DNA from: Puccinia triticina
Lineage: Eukaryota
Assembly: GCA_026914245.1 (NCBI GenBank)
Contig: CP110439.1
Coordinates: forward strand, 620,001-684,000
DNA: 64,000 bases
Direction of reading: 5' to 3'
Part shown: positions 13,481 through 26,196 of the stretch, piece after piece
Layout of the letters: each line of letters starts with the position of its first letter
Numbering within the stretch: the first letter of the stretch is position 1
Translations under genes and position numbers: made by a program
The notes under the pieces: generated by a model
What the model was told of the DNA's origin: nothing
Database searches by the model: none
The model's input: only the letters and a program-made list of their open reading frames with translations

Positions 13481-16376
13481 ATGCTACCAGCAAATTTGTC
13501 CAAACCAGTAACAGTCCCAGAACACGTCAGGCTGATGAGCATCTGCCAAGTAATCCAAGAAAATGGCCTTACCCCAAAGAAATTTCTGCTTGCCTTTCTG
13601 AAAAACAGACATCCCGCTCTTGCGGATCGACGAAGACTGTGGCCTGTAACAGGATTGGATTCTACCATCGAGCTTGTGCGCACAATAGCGGATCAATTGA
13701 AGAATAAACCCGAGGCGCAAGGAGCATGGGAAGCATTTATCCTCAAGGAAGTAAGTCTGTTGCAGCCAGATCCCTTTCTGAGAGTTTTGAACCTGAAATC
13801 AGAATTGCCATCAGGCTATCCACATTGTTGGTTCCAAGTCCCCGCCTCGAGGTCATCATCCCCAGGGCTGCTATCAAAGCAGCAGTACTGTCACGGCCAA
13901 TTTCTTTAGTGAAAATGCAAAGAAGCACAACAACGACTGACTTGTGGCAAGTATGCCATTTCTGCATAAGCTTCTATCGTCGGTGCTGCACAACAACATT
14001 CCGGACAGCACTCCTGCTGATGATATTCAGCTGCTTTCCGTGGAAGAAGACCCGATTGAAGTGCGAGCCTTGGATGTGGAGGAAATTGCGTACGGAAAAC
14101 CCAGCAATCCAAATGTTTACAAAAACAAGAGACTTGCTAATGTGAGTAAGCCTGTACTAGTAGAATATCCTAACTTGCTCTTGGCTAACAAGCTGTTTTT
14201 TTATTAACAGATTGCCCAAATGGTCTGCAGTGTCATCGCTTTTGCTCGCAATCGTCGATGTAATGGGTTCCAGCTTCGAAACGGTATTCAATTCCTTGCT
14301 TGCGGGGTGTCCGAGAGAGTTAACCAATACCTCAATTACTATGGTCTGGGATGTTGCCGACTGACGGCAGTGGAAGCGCTGCAAACACTATCCACGGAGG
14401 CCCAGTCAAACCTCGGCAAATCTTTTAGGAGCACACTGGCTCAGCAAATCTCTCCAATCATCTGCATAGACAACCTCGACATTGAGCAACATGTTCATAC
14501 ACAATCCGTAGGCCACCGTACCCGAATGTTCCATGGAACATGGGGATATGCACATTTCCCTCCGGCCGATCTCCTCAAAACGTTGGACCCATCGGAGCTC
14601 ACTGTGAATAGTTTCAATGAAGCAATGAAAAAAGTTTCATCATTCCAAATTGAGCTTCACATGTTTCTCCCAACTCGAGACTCTGAAAATACTTATAAGG
14701 ATGTTTGGACCAGTCAGATTGCCCGTGTCATGAACTGGTACATTGCGGCACCTGATGTTGCATCCCAGGCTATTCGTCTAGATCCCCCACCTGTTGAGAA
14801 AATATCTGCAACACCTCCCGACATCAAGATGCTTAAACTCATGGATGCACCAGAGAACAGCGCCGAGGGGATAGGCCAAGTCCTTGATGCCATTTTAATT
14901 CAAACCGGACTTAAGGCGGAGGAATTTTTTGGTCGGTTGCAGCTGATGGATGGGGATTTAGCTACGTGCCGCAACTTCAACTGTCTCCGATCCCTCCGCA
15001 CTCCAAGTGGATATGCACAGCACAGCCTGGAAAACATTTCGTTCCAGCTTGGCGCATCCCATACGCTATGGAATATTGCCAACAGTATATTTAAGACTCA
15101 TTTTGGCAATAACCAAAATTCGTTGGACACGGGGGCTTGGCGATGTTTGGAAGCTCTAGGGGTCCCACCCTCGAAAGCGCTCCCAAAAAAGGATTTCTCA
15201 CTCATGATCAAACATATGGAGCAGGTCCACAAAGCAACAATATTGTACGGTTTGAAGTAAGTTCTGAATGCTGCAATCTGATGATTGGGTTTGGGTTAAT
15301 AATGTTGTCTTGCTTGTGATCAGAAAAATCATGAATGCCCAAGAGGACCGGATCGTCGAGTTTAGTGAATCAAATCCCGTCCAAAGATGAAAACTGATCG
15401 ATGGAACACCATCATTGAAGAATTCTACACTCAACATTGCACCGGTGACGCCCGAAACAAAGCAGCCCAACTGAAATCACCCAAACTCCACAATATACTT
15501 ATACGACTACAAGAGTTCTCCACTGTGATTGAGGCAAACCGAGCAATGAAGGCAGGTGATATTGGCCGACTCCTGATCATATGGAAGACTTGGAGTGTGA
15601 TGTCCCAGTCTCTAAAAGGTCTTCGGAACTACTCCACCTATCTGCCGCAGTTGGTGTTGATGATGACACAACTGCTACCTCCTTCCCCCGCAAAACTTTT
15701 GCGCCATTTGCTCCTATTCTCACCCAGCGGACGCGACAACCACTTTGTTGCCAAGGACTTCTACTTAGAAATTCAAAACTACTTGTTGAAATTCTTGTTT
15801 AATCAGACGGGTACCGGGACTCAAATTGATCGATTAAAAAACTTATACTCATTGAATGTTCATCTTGTAAGCACTAATTTTGTTTCATCTCATTCTCAAG
15901 CTCTAATGAACTGTTTGGGGTTTCAGCTCCGCGATATGATGCACTCTATTCGCCGGGACACTGGCGCTGCTGTTTTCACACAATCACACAAAAACATCAT
16001 GACTGCAAAGTCATTGAATGTCTTCATGCAAATGGCGAATAACTATGATATATTTGATGATGATAAATGTATCAATGAAAAGGATGGATTGATCACAGGA
16101 TACGATGGAAATGACAGGGAAAGTGCAACCGAAAAAAGCAATGAAACAGATGAGGAAGATGGTAAAGATGTAACCAAAGGAGGTGAACCTTGTAACACAT
16201 TGAAGCGTGTTGGGAACTCATATCTTTTGGGGTTTAAAAAGCTTCAAATTGAAATTACAAAAGACCCGAGATTGGATCGATTCAAGCGGAACATGCCTCT
16301 CAACGGCCATTTGCGCGACAAAGACGATGATGAGGTTCTGGACCCAGCCGAAGATTTTCCACGTTATGAGATCTGA
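13481..16376 (+). pseudogene. Academ-type transposase, multi-exon, with a premature stop (13938) and frameshifts
   Basis: Motifs NRRCNGFQL, CIDNLD, MFHGTWGY, DGDLAT, GASHTLWN, MKAGDIGRL, HFVAKDFYLE; GT-AG introns at ~13751, 14142, 15257, 15867; lies inside the TIRs. Confidence 0.75.
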
Positions 16377-16390
16377 TACATTTCTTGCAA

Positions 16391-18735
16391 CTAAATCCAA
16401 CCGTACTCTTTCTTCACGTCCGACATAATTTGCGCCTGCGCTGCCAGTCTCCTTGCCTTGTTCTCTTTCTCGACTCTTTGTTTCTCCGACTTCTCCTCTT
16501 TCATACGTTGTCGCTCAGCTGCCGATTCCTGTTGCTGTCTGAGAACCTCAGGCGACACCGCATTCTTCCGTGGCCTCTTTTCGTTGGGTGTATGTATTGG
16601 TGGCTCAGATTGCGTTTCTTTGGTCTCATGATTCGCAGTTGTGTTGTTACGGGTCCGCTTGGCAGGTGTGGACGATTCTAGTTGTCTTGTATTGTTGCGT
16701 CTAGATGCATCATCAAGTAAATTTTCGGTCTGCTTGTGTTCTGGTATTTCGACCCCACTATCCGTGCCACTCCACATGGGACCTGATCTGAATGTCTCAA
16801 TTGTTTCCATCAAGCGCGCCAACTGGCCTGCAAGTGCCTCGCCTTTGATGATCCGTCGAAGGTCGCTTTCTGACTGAATCTGACCGAAATAAGTGATAAT
16901 AGCGTTCACCTCATCGTTACCAAAAAAATCTGTTGGGACAATGCTTTGCGGATTAGAGATTTTTTCTCTAAAGAACTTTTGAAAATCTTTGTGCAAGATT
17001 GATTTTAGAGGCTGGAGTCTCAAGCAATCATGTTTGTTTGTTCTTGGGCCAGTTCGATTAGTGTTGTAGTTTCGCTTTGCCGGTAATGTAAGATCCACGT
17101 TCAATGCAACTTGATTCAAAACATATCGAGTAAAGTTTTCTCTGTTCAACTTATTTAAATTTTGTATTAAGGCGGCGGCAGAGTCCTTCATGCAGTTTGA
17201 GCACATACACGGGGCAAACCCATTTTGTTGTTCGCGAGACACTTCAGCTTTGTATAAGGGATCGTCAAAGTCTAGTGGGATGTAACCAATCCTAAAAACA
17301 ACGACAGACACTGTCAGCACGACCCCTTCCTTCAAGCCGCGTAAGAAGTCCAAACCTACAAATTATCCATTGCAAACGCAACCCGGAGACATACAGGCGT
17401 AATCGCAAGAGCATCCATCCGGTCTTCGTCCGACTGCATCTGACCAGGTGTGAAATCCGCAACGCTGTTCTTCCCTTTGGGGCGGTTCGACTCGACAAAG
17501 AGGATGGCCAACCCAGGGCGACCATCGCGCCCGCATCGTCCGACCATCTGACAGATGAGGGAGGGATCTCCACGCCCAATGTGCACAATCTGGCGCACAA
17601 GTTTCCAGTTTTGGCCCATGCCAAGGGCTAGGGTGCACGAGATAATTGGTACCTTCCCTTCTACAAAGTCGGAAATGACATCCTGTTTGTCTAACTCGCC
17701 AGTACAGGCATGGTAACGACGAGCAACAGAATTTCGATGGTCTAAGTGGTTATGTGGCGTCTCTCAAGCTTGGTCTAGTGCTTCGAGTACTTTGAGGGTT
17801 CGGTGGCGCGTACCCGTATAGATCAGAGAAGGAACTAGTTGGTCTTCGGAAATGTCGTCTTTTGAGCCGTAAACCTTCATAATATCTTCGCACGACTGGA
17901 TAGAGGCAGTCATTGGCATCCGAATTATCCTAATTTCAGGTCTAGTTAGCTCACCCCGAAGGATGTCAATGTGTGTATCAAGTAATTTGAGATTTTTCTT
18001 GATTGCTGCAATAGCTGCCGGTCTACAAGTGGCCGACATTAAGAGTAGTGGCGCATTATTTTTGGTTAATAGTTGGCCTCCAAGGCTACCATAAAATGGT
18101 CAAAAGGCTGCAAAATCCTGGTGTCGTACAATAGTCTTGAGTTTCTTCTGTCCACTCTCAACCAAGCCCCATGCATATATCATATGCGCTTCATCCACAA
18201 CAACTAAGGCCAGCTTGCTTTGAAATTCGGGTGAGAAATACATGTCGGTGAATGTTTGGTTGTCTAAAAAAATCTCGGGGGAGAGGTAGACAAAATTGTA
18301 GGCGCCATCCTGAATGTCTTGACATGCCTTGTTTGTAAAGTTTGGTTTCGTCAGGTTGATAGCCGTGTACCCAGCCGCCAATTTCTCGGCCACTTGGTTG
18401 TCGCCAAGTGCATCGAGCGGATTCAAAACTACGACAACGCCCAAAGTGTTCCGGTGTCAATCTTTAGGGAGCATGTTCAGGTACATTTCTGAGATGCAAA
18501 ATTTGCCAAAGCCAGTTGCTGCCAGGAGGAAAGTGTTTCTGCCTCGGAGGAGATTTGCAACTGTGTCGACTTGAAGTGGCTTTGCTTCCTGGTTGTATCT
18601 TTCTAACGCTTCTGACTTGATCATGTTCTTGAGCTTGTCGTCGCTAGAGTTCTTGATTTTAGCACCAACTTGAATTCCAGTCATTTTTTCCGAGATCCCA
18701 CAGTTTCTGGTTGGATAATGGTCCGAGTCAGGCAA
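16391..18735 (-). pseudogene. RecQ-like superfamily 2 (DEAH) helicase with three in-frame TGA stops (18457, 18100, 17764) and an intron 17292-17359
   Basis: Motif I ATGFGK, Ia NPLDAL, YLSPE, II VVDEAH, III MSAT, V ALGMGQN, VI QMVGRCGRDG, Cys cluster CMCSNC; the four upstream ORF fragments share one frame. Confidence 0.9.
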
Positions 18736-19275
18736 CCAAGCAGGCCATCACCCCTCACCTTCAACCTATTGTCACGACTCTCAGTATTTGTGCAGCTACA
18801 CGACACGGTTGGCAATCCAGAAAATCCGTGTCAACAAATGCGGATCCACCGATGGATCTGCCAAACTCAATACATGATTTTGAATTTTGTTTTGCCACCT
18901 CGACCTGGATTCCATGACACTTTTGCCACTAGGGATTGCATTTTTTTGATTGAAAGGCTGGCAAAGGTGTCAAAAGTTGCGCATCAATGAAGGCTACAAA
19001 ACTGTCTGTTCATTTTTTTGTTATCATTTTTATTACAATTGATAGGACGGGTTTTTTTTTTGCACTAAATATCAATTCTGCTCCCGCCAAAATTGAGGGA
19101 TAGCAAGTAAGCCTCTCCTACGGAGAGCGCTCCGCGCGGGTCCCCCGGACCTCCGTTCGAGTGGCTTTGTTAAGCTAGAACACATCCTATGCTGCAATAA
19201 CAAGTTGCACAGATTGGCAGCAATCCTCCGAACGGCGGCCCCTCAACATCAATAGAAATCCCGGGATCGATGGTA

Positions 19276-21601
19276 ATGTAAGCAAAGGAGCCCTTTGCTC
19301 TGCCTCATTGACCCACGACTGACCCATAGCTAACTTCCGTACAGGTCTTCTGTTGAGCTCATCAATCCTAAGGCTGAGACCATCAGACGGGCTCAAGCTC
19401 TACAAGTCAATATTACTGGTGAGAAGTTATAATCGAATTCATGAATAGCTCATCTTCAACTTGCTCATCCAAGTTATTTTTGCCAAACAAAACGTACCAG
19501 GTGCTATTGGGTTGGCAAATGTAGTCCGATCAAATTTAGGTACCTTTATTGCGATCAAATACTCAAGACAAATTGTTTGCGAGGAATGCTCCATTTTAAT
19601 CTTGCTCAGTCCATTTCTTCAGGTCCCAGAGGCACTCTGAAGATGTTGGTCGATGGAGCAGGAAATATCAAAATGACCAAGGTCAGTAGGACTATCTGTA
19701 AGCAGCAGACCTGATCAAGATCCCACTCTCGATCCATATTCCTCGTGGTTTCTCAAATTTATAATCCCCTTTAAAATCCACCACAGGACGGCAAAGTGCT
19801 GTTATCCGAAATGCAAATTCAGAACCCTACTGCAGCAATGATCGCCCGAAGTGCAACCGCTCAAGATGAAACGACTGGTGATGGTACTACATCTTGCATA
19901 TTACTAGTTGGCGAAACTTTGGAACAAGCCGAGCGATACATCAGTGAGGGTCGCCATCCAAGAGTCATCGCAGAGGGACTCGAAGTGGCGAAAACTGAAA
20001 GTCTCAAGGCATGTATATACATCTTTCAATAAGAAGAATCTCACGATCACATATCCATCGGCGAAACTGATACGAACACTTTGCTTTATCTTCGTAATCT
20101 GCACCGAAACACGCGTTTGTCAACAGTTTCTGGACGATTTCAAGCAGCCCATTCCTTCGGGAACTGACAATTCTATCCTGCATTCAATCGCTCGCACTGC
20201 GCTGTCCACCAAACTGAATGTCAAGTTGGCAACAGGCTATCTGCTGATGTAGTCGATGCCGTTTTGGCGATTCGTCAAGAATCAGAACCGATCGATCTGC
20301 ACATGATCGAGATTATGAAAATGCAACATCGTACCGAGAATGACAGTTGATTGGTTCGCGGAATCGTTCTAGATCACGGAGCTCGGCACCCAGATATGCC
20401 TAGACAAGTGGAAAACGCATTTATCCTGACACTCAATGTCAGCCTGGAGTACGAAAAAACGTAAATATCCCCCTTGTCTTGACTCATTTGTGCCAAAATC
20501 AAGATAATCCTCACTAACCCTTTTGTTTTACAGGGAAGTCAACTCCGGGTTTTTCTATTCTTCCGCCGAACAACGGGAAAAACTGGTAGAGTCTGAGCAA
20601 AAGTTTATTGACAAACGGGTCAAGAAGATCATCGAACTGAAGCAAAGAGTATGCGACTCGGAAATCAATCTCGAGGCCTTAGCAAACGGCGAGAAGCCAA
20701 AGGAAAAGCCGAAAGGCTTTGTTGTTCTGAACCAAAAAGGAATCGATCCTCTCAGCTTGGATATGTTGGCTAAAAGTGGGATCCTCGCTTTGAGACGAGC
20801 CAAGCGAAGAAACATGGAGAGGCATGTATTCCCCGGAAAATTCGAGATTGCTAAGCAGCCCTGATAACTTATTACCATCTTGTTGTTTTAATTTAGGCTG
20901 CAGCTAGCGTGTGGAGGTGTCTCTCAAAACTCTGTTGACGACTTGGACGCCAGTGTCCTCGGTTACGCTGGATTGGTTTATGAGCACACTCTGGGAGAAG
21001 AAAAGTTCACATTTGTCGAGGAGGTTCGAGAGCCGAAATCGGTTACGTTGTTGATTAAGGGTGAGTACCTTCGGATTTGATCCACCAGAACCGAATAAAA
21101 TGAGCTAAAATAATCCGCGTGATGTTTGCTTGAACCGTTGTTGTCGCTTTTCAGGACCGAATGCTCACACCGTCACTCAAATCCACGATGGGCTACGAGA
21201 TGGTTTGAGGGCTGTCAAGAACGCGATCGAGGATGGAGCAGTAGTCCCCGGAGCTGGAGCATTCGAACTAGCTTGCTCACGACATTTATCCCAAGCTGTC
21301 AAATCACAAGCCAAGGGACGAGCGAAGTTGGGAATTCGAACCTTCGCAGATGCATTATTAGTGATCCCCAAGACCTTAGCAGCCAACGCTTGCTTGGATG
21401 TTCAGGAAGTTCTTAGTGGTTTGGTCGATGCGCTTGACGAAGGTGGTGTCCAAACCGCGGGAGTAGATCTTGCTACAGGTAATCCAATCGATCCTATCCT
21501 CGAAGGCATTTGGGATAACTATTGCGTCAAACGGCAGTTGTTGCACAGTTGTTCTGTGATTGCTATGAACTTGTTGGTGACTGATGAGATCATGAGAGTG
21601 G
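19276..21601 (+). pseudogene. CCT6: T-complex protein 1 subunit zeta (CCT6) pseudogene: frameshift ~20234, stop 20348, last exon missing
   Basis: [86 protein letters not shown]; introns retained. Confidence 0.92.
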
Positions 21602-21684
21602 GTCAGTCTAAATTTTGCTGTTATGAAGTTTTTGTGAGTAAGCCACAAATTGCTCAACTGATGTTGTTCTCCTCCCTTTGGATA

Positions 21685-22300
21685 AAGGAATATGTGAGTA
21701 TCACAGACTACTTGTTCCGCAGTCTGAGTTCATGTTCTTGACCTCAGAGTATAAACCTTTAATTGCAGTGGCTGGAGATTTTATAAAGGAGGTCAAAAGT
21801 ACCCTTCACAACTATGTGTATAATGCAAATGGTTATGCCTCTTATAGCCAAAGTTTGAAGTGAGCCAAGTCAGTCAAACTACTTAGGTACAGGAGCCTTG
21901 GCAAGTGCACTAGGGATACAGGACATGACCTTACCACCAATGAGACAAGAGACAGGACAAGAATCAGAGCACTTGGATTAAGTTATATTTTGGTAGTGGA
22001 TTTTCCAAGTGCTCTGATTCTCGTCCTTTCTCTTGTTTCATTGGTGGTAAGGTCATGTCCTGTATCCCTAGTGCACTTGCCAAGGCTCCTGTACCTAAGT
22101 AGTTTGACTGACTTGGCTCATATCTTTGAACTTTGGCTATAAGAGTGGCATAATCATTTGCATTATACACATAGTTGTTAAAGGTACTTTTGACCTCCTT
22201 TATAAAATCTTACCACAGTTAAAGGTTTATACTCTGAGATCAAGAACATGAACTCAGACTGTGGATGGAACAAGTAGTCTGTGATACTCACGTAATCCTT
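21685..22300. repeat. Long inverted repeat (foldback): ~290-bp arms, ~26-nt loop
   Basis: 21685-21977 is the reverse complement of 22004-22300 with few mismatches or indels. Confidence 0.92.
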
Positions 22301-22302
22301 GA

Positions 22303-24280
22303 TGTTGGAATACACAGGTGCTCCAAGCAACACGGTGCCCTGCGGTACGGCTAGCAACCTTGGACATGATTCAATGACGTCAACGAGTGCCAAGACTCCA
22401 AATCAAAAGCTGATGACCGCTACTCCTTGACTCAGTTGACCGGGGTCATTTCCCCTTTACCTTATCTCAACACCTTTCTCCAACCAGCGGTCAAGTCAAG
22501 TATCAATCATAGTGCGCGGTTGCTTGTCGAGCTCACTAGTCTAGGCTGCTCAATCTAAGGTTTATCTTTCTTTTGTTTTCTCTCATCTGTCCAGTTGACC
22601 ATGTTTATCTAACCTCTTACTTATTGTTGTCTTAGCCATAAAGTCCTAGTGTTTGTGGTGGTTCAAGTTCTCTTGTGTTCTCATTTCCACATTGTTCCAA
22701 GGGTGAAAGCGCTGCGCTTCAAAAAGCGCAGCGCAGCGTGAAGCGCAGCGGTTTTGGTGGCCGCTGCGCTGCGCTGAAAGTAGCGGCCCCGCCCGCTGCG
22801 CTACCGCTTTTTGGGTCTGGCAAGAAGCGGGGACCCGCTACTTTCAGCAGTAGCGCAGCGGAACCATCGCTGCGCTACCGCTTTTTGAGCTGGCCGCGTA
22901 GCGCTGCCCCGCTGCCAGCCAAAAAAGCGCAGCGCAGCACAGAGCGCAGCTGTTTTGGTGGCCGCTGCGCGGCGCTGAAAGGAGCGGCCCCGCCCGCTGC
23001 GCTACCACTTTTTGCGTCGGGGAAAAAGCGGGCCCCCGCTATTTTCAGCGGTAGCGCAGCAGGACTGGCGCTGCGCTACCGCTTTTTGGGCTGACTGTGC
23101 AGCGGTTCCCCGCTGCGCTGCGCTAAAAGACCACTTTTTTTGTAGCGCAGCGCAGCGTTTCAGCCTTGGTTTGTTCCTGTTTCTTTTAGGTAAAAATCAT
23201 CTTTAATTTCTTATCATTATTTTCTATTTTTATTCTTAAATTTACTGAAATTAATTTCTTTTAGCCTAAAAATTATCAAATTATCAGTACAGTGCTTCAG
23301 AAACAGGAACGGGTCACTCAAAAATGTTGGACGTTGATGCCAATGATAAGTCCAGTCAAGCCTTGATTGGCAAGCTTGACAACATGAATTTTCCATTGTG
23401 GTGTATTCAAATGAGAACCTATCTCAAGAGCAAGGACCTTTGGGAAATCTGCTCAGGAGAATCAGTTTTGACTGCATCTAAGAAGAAAGTCAAAAACGCA
23501 GCCAACATTCTAATCAGTCATTTGAGCGAGGTTGCATTGAAGGCTGTTATCACCCCCAAAAACAAGGAAAAGCTGCAATTAATCTGGGATGCCATTGTTG
23601 ATCAATACACCTCGGCCTCAATCAATAACAAAGCCCGTATCTGGTTGAAATTTATGCGCTATGAGTACGGTGGGGACCTAAAGAATTATCTTATTGATTT
23701 TCAAAAGATGATAAGAGATTTCTCCATTGTGCAACTCGGCATACTGGATGACATTGTCTTGATTTTGATCCTTGCTAAACTCACTAAAGACTGTTGGAAT
23801 GTATTTGATAACATTATCATGAACAAGTCAGTTATTTTCTTTCCAAGCCATACCATTTGTAAACTCCAAGAATTGGTCTATATGAAAGAAACTCGCGCGG
23901 TAGCATTGACTTCTAAAATCAAATCCTCCGTCAAAATTGAGAAAGATTTGGCCACGGCTTACAAGATGGAAGCCAAGAAGTCTAAAAGACCAAAGCCGGC
24001 AAATCCCTGTTATCCCGGCAAACATAATCCGCTTCCCTATCATCCAGCTTGGTGGCGCTTCAACTTAACGGCTAAGGAACATGACACATTGCACCCTGCC
24101 AATCCCAAAGCACATCTAGTGTTGGTCAAAGTTACAAACAAGTTGTCCAACGATGAAGATGAATACGATGTCGTTGAAGCAGCTGCTTTTGTTATCAATT
24201 CTTCAAACAAAGGATCCTTTTTCTACACGCAATTTTCTATTCCCACCCGATCCTGCAGATCCAACACTTTCCCGCACTAG
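22303..24280 (+). mobile_element. Truncated Copia: putative 5' LTR (22303-22509), UTR and gag remnant (ORF 23324-24280)
   Basis: TGTTG...TCA segment; Copia-gag-like LDNMNFPLWCIQMRTYLKSKDLWEIC; similarity ends ~24215 before the protease. Confidence 0.65.
22698..23168. mobile_element. GC-rich MITE built from GCGCTGCGCT/AGCGCAGCGC subrepeats
   Basis: TIR CAAGG(G/C)TGAAA..CGCTGCGCT; degenerate 8-bp TSD CATTGTTC/GTTTGTTC; internal ~190-bp duplication. Confidence 0.7.
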
Positions 24281-24328
24281 TCCATCAGCTCCGCCCACTT
24301 TCCCGCACGTCATTGTCCCAGACTCCGC

Positions 24329-26128
24329 TGTGGTATACAGAAAAGTGAAAAATCAAAAGTTTTTTCTATACTACATATTTACTCACAATATGCCTCAAGA
24401 TACCATCAAACAGAACTCATGAATGGACTCTACGTCCAATTTTACCCCTAGTCACCACTGGAAGCATTACTGGAACCCCTCTGGATTGGAAGTTACACCC
24501 TCATGGACACTGCCAGCCCCAGTCATCAACCTGCCACACCCCCTCAAGTCACCTTTCCCAGGTATATGTTAATCAACAAACTAAAGCATGTATTTCTGGT
24601 AAGCAATTCTGACAAGGGAATACATGCAATGAAATAAAAAGATAAAAATAGAAAATGTACCTAAAGGCAAAGAGGACAATATAAAGAGACACGATAAGAA
24701 CAAGGACACAGGACACAGGAGGACAACAAACTGGGAACAAAAAGAAAGAGTCAATGATGTTGGCCGGGATGAGTCCGATGTTATTGATGAGCCGTTAAGA
24801 ACCTACAAGTTGTATGAGCGCAACATGAGATCGGCAAAGAAGATCAGCGGATTTGTCAAAAAGAAGGGAAAGCTGAGGACTGAGGTCTTGACGAAGGAAT
24901 CGAGCAAGAAGGACTTGAGCGGACAGGAGAGAGTACGATATGATAACGTAGAGAGTAGAATGATGATGATGGTTTCAACCAATGATGATGTCGAGAGTGG
25001 AGGAACAGCTTAGATAAGAAAAGATAATCTTTTAGAATGATAGGCAGAATGTGATACTGCAGGTTCCCCGAGGGAAGGAAACAAAGATGACGGAAGGAAG
25101 AGTTTATATATGGATGGAGAGGTTTGAGCGGAGAATCTTGCTGGGGGAGATTTGGGGGATCCAAGCGTTGAATATGATGTCATTGAGGTGCGAGCGTCCT
25201 GATGAGGTCATCAGAAGAAGTGAGGCCGCTAGAGTCCTAGAGGGATGTCACACAAATGTCAACAGTATACACATACTCAGCCTCAGCCAAACACATACTC
25301 TTTTCTACCCCTCTTATCTCCACTGCATATGCAGGGGACCAACCCCATTTCTTCTGTATTTGACATGTCCCTGCTCCATTTATGCACCCCTTGCAGCTGC
25401 ATGCAGTCTTCTGACCCCATTTCTGCACTCCTTGCATTAGTCTGACACCACTCATGCACCCCTTCCATGAGGTACCCCTGTATTTGACATTTCCCCGCTT
25501 TGTTTATGCGCTCCTTGCATTAGTATGAGCTCATCTTTCATTTCTCACCCCACTTTTTGACTGTATTTAGTATCTTCTGACACCACTTGTACGCAGCCCA
25601 CCAGCTAAAATCCCTCATGCATGGGTCCCCCTTGTAGCTAAAATCCCTCACATTTGTCTACATAAGGAGCTCTCCCCCCCCAGTTGTTTTCCCCAGTTAT
25701 TTACATACCACCCATAGCTTTACAATTACCCTTATCAATACCCTTATAACACATCATAGCAGCCCTTAAATTTGCAAATAACCACTGAGCTCACTCTCAT
25801 AACTCTCATATCTCTTGCTTAACATATCATGTGCCTGTCACAAGTTGCCCGGTTCCTGGTTCAACTCCCAACTGAGACATACTTTTCTCAGTCCAGACAC
25901 TCTTCTCAACTTTTTATATCACCCTCTTGAGGACCTGTGTTCAACCCCCACTGGAAACATCAAGTCAACTTTCTTTCCCATCATCATAAAATCTCTCATC
26001 TTTCACATACCTGTCATCAAACAACTTCATCTGGAACTAGACCAGACCTATTGCTTGATTAAAACTTGCAAAGCTTAGCTTGGGGGGTCTTGTTATCTGA
26101 TAGCAGAAGGGCAGAGTTTTGCACCTCC
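24329..26128 (-). mobile_element. Truncated LTR of family A (same family as 33963 and 40034), split by a solo LTR
   Basis: Reverse-complement similarity to 33963-34926 on both sides of the insertion; ~60 bp of one end missing. Confidence 0.8.
24567..25264. mobile_element. Solo LTR
   Basis: TGTT...AACA termini, 5-bp TSD GTATA; the empty site is visible in the paralogous LTR at ~34680. Confidence 0.85.
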
Positions 26129-26196
26129 AAGCATTCTTTGAAAAAACCGGCCTACACACAATCCAAGTGCTCCGAACTGACAACGTTGGCAAATAC

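Larger units (their letters stand above)
12988..19178. mobile_element. AcademH-type DNA transposon (transposase + RecQ-like helicase, convergent)
   Basis: Perfect 9-bp TSD AACACATCC (12979-12987, 19179-19187); imperfect ~110-bp TIRs starting CTA(A/G)CTTAACA; two convergent genes inside. Confidence 0.88.

Noticed and set aside
16391..18735. Host RecQ/SGS1 gene or Helitron helicase
   Set aside because: Lies inside TIRs/TSD with a transposase; SF2 DEAH motifs rather than Pif1/Rep; no HRDC region recognised
22675..23206. Ala-rich ORFs
   Set aside because: Translation of MITE subrepeats
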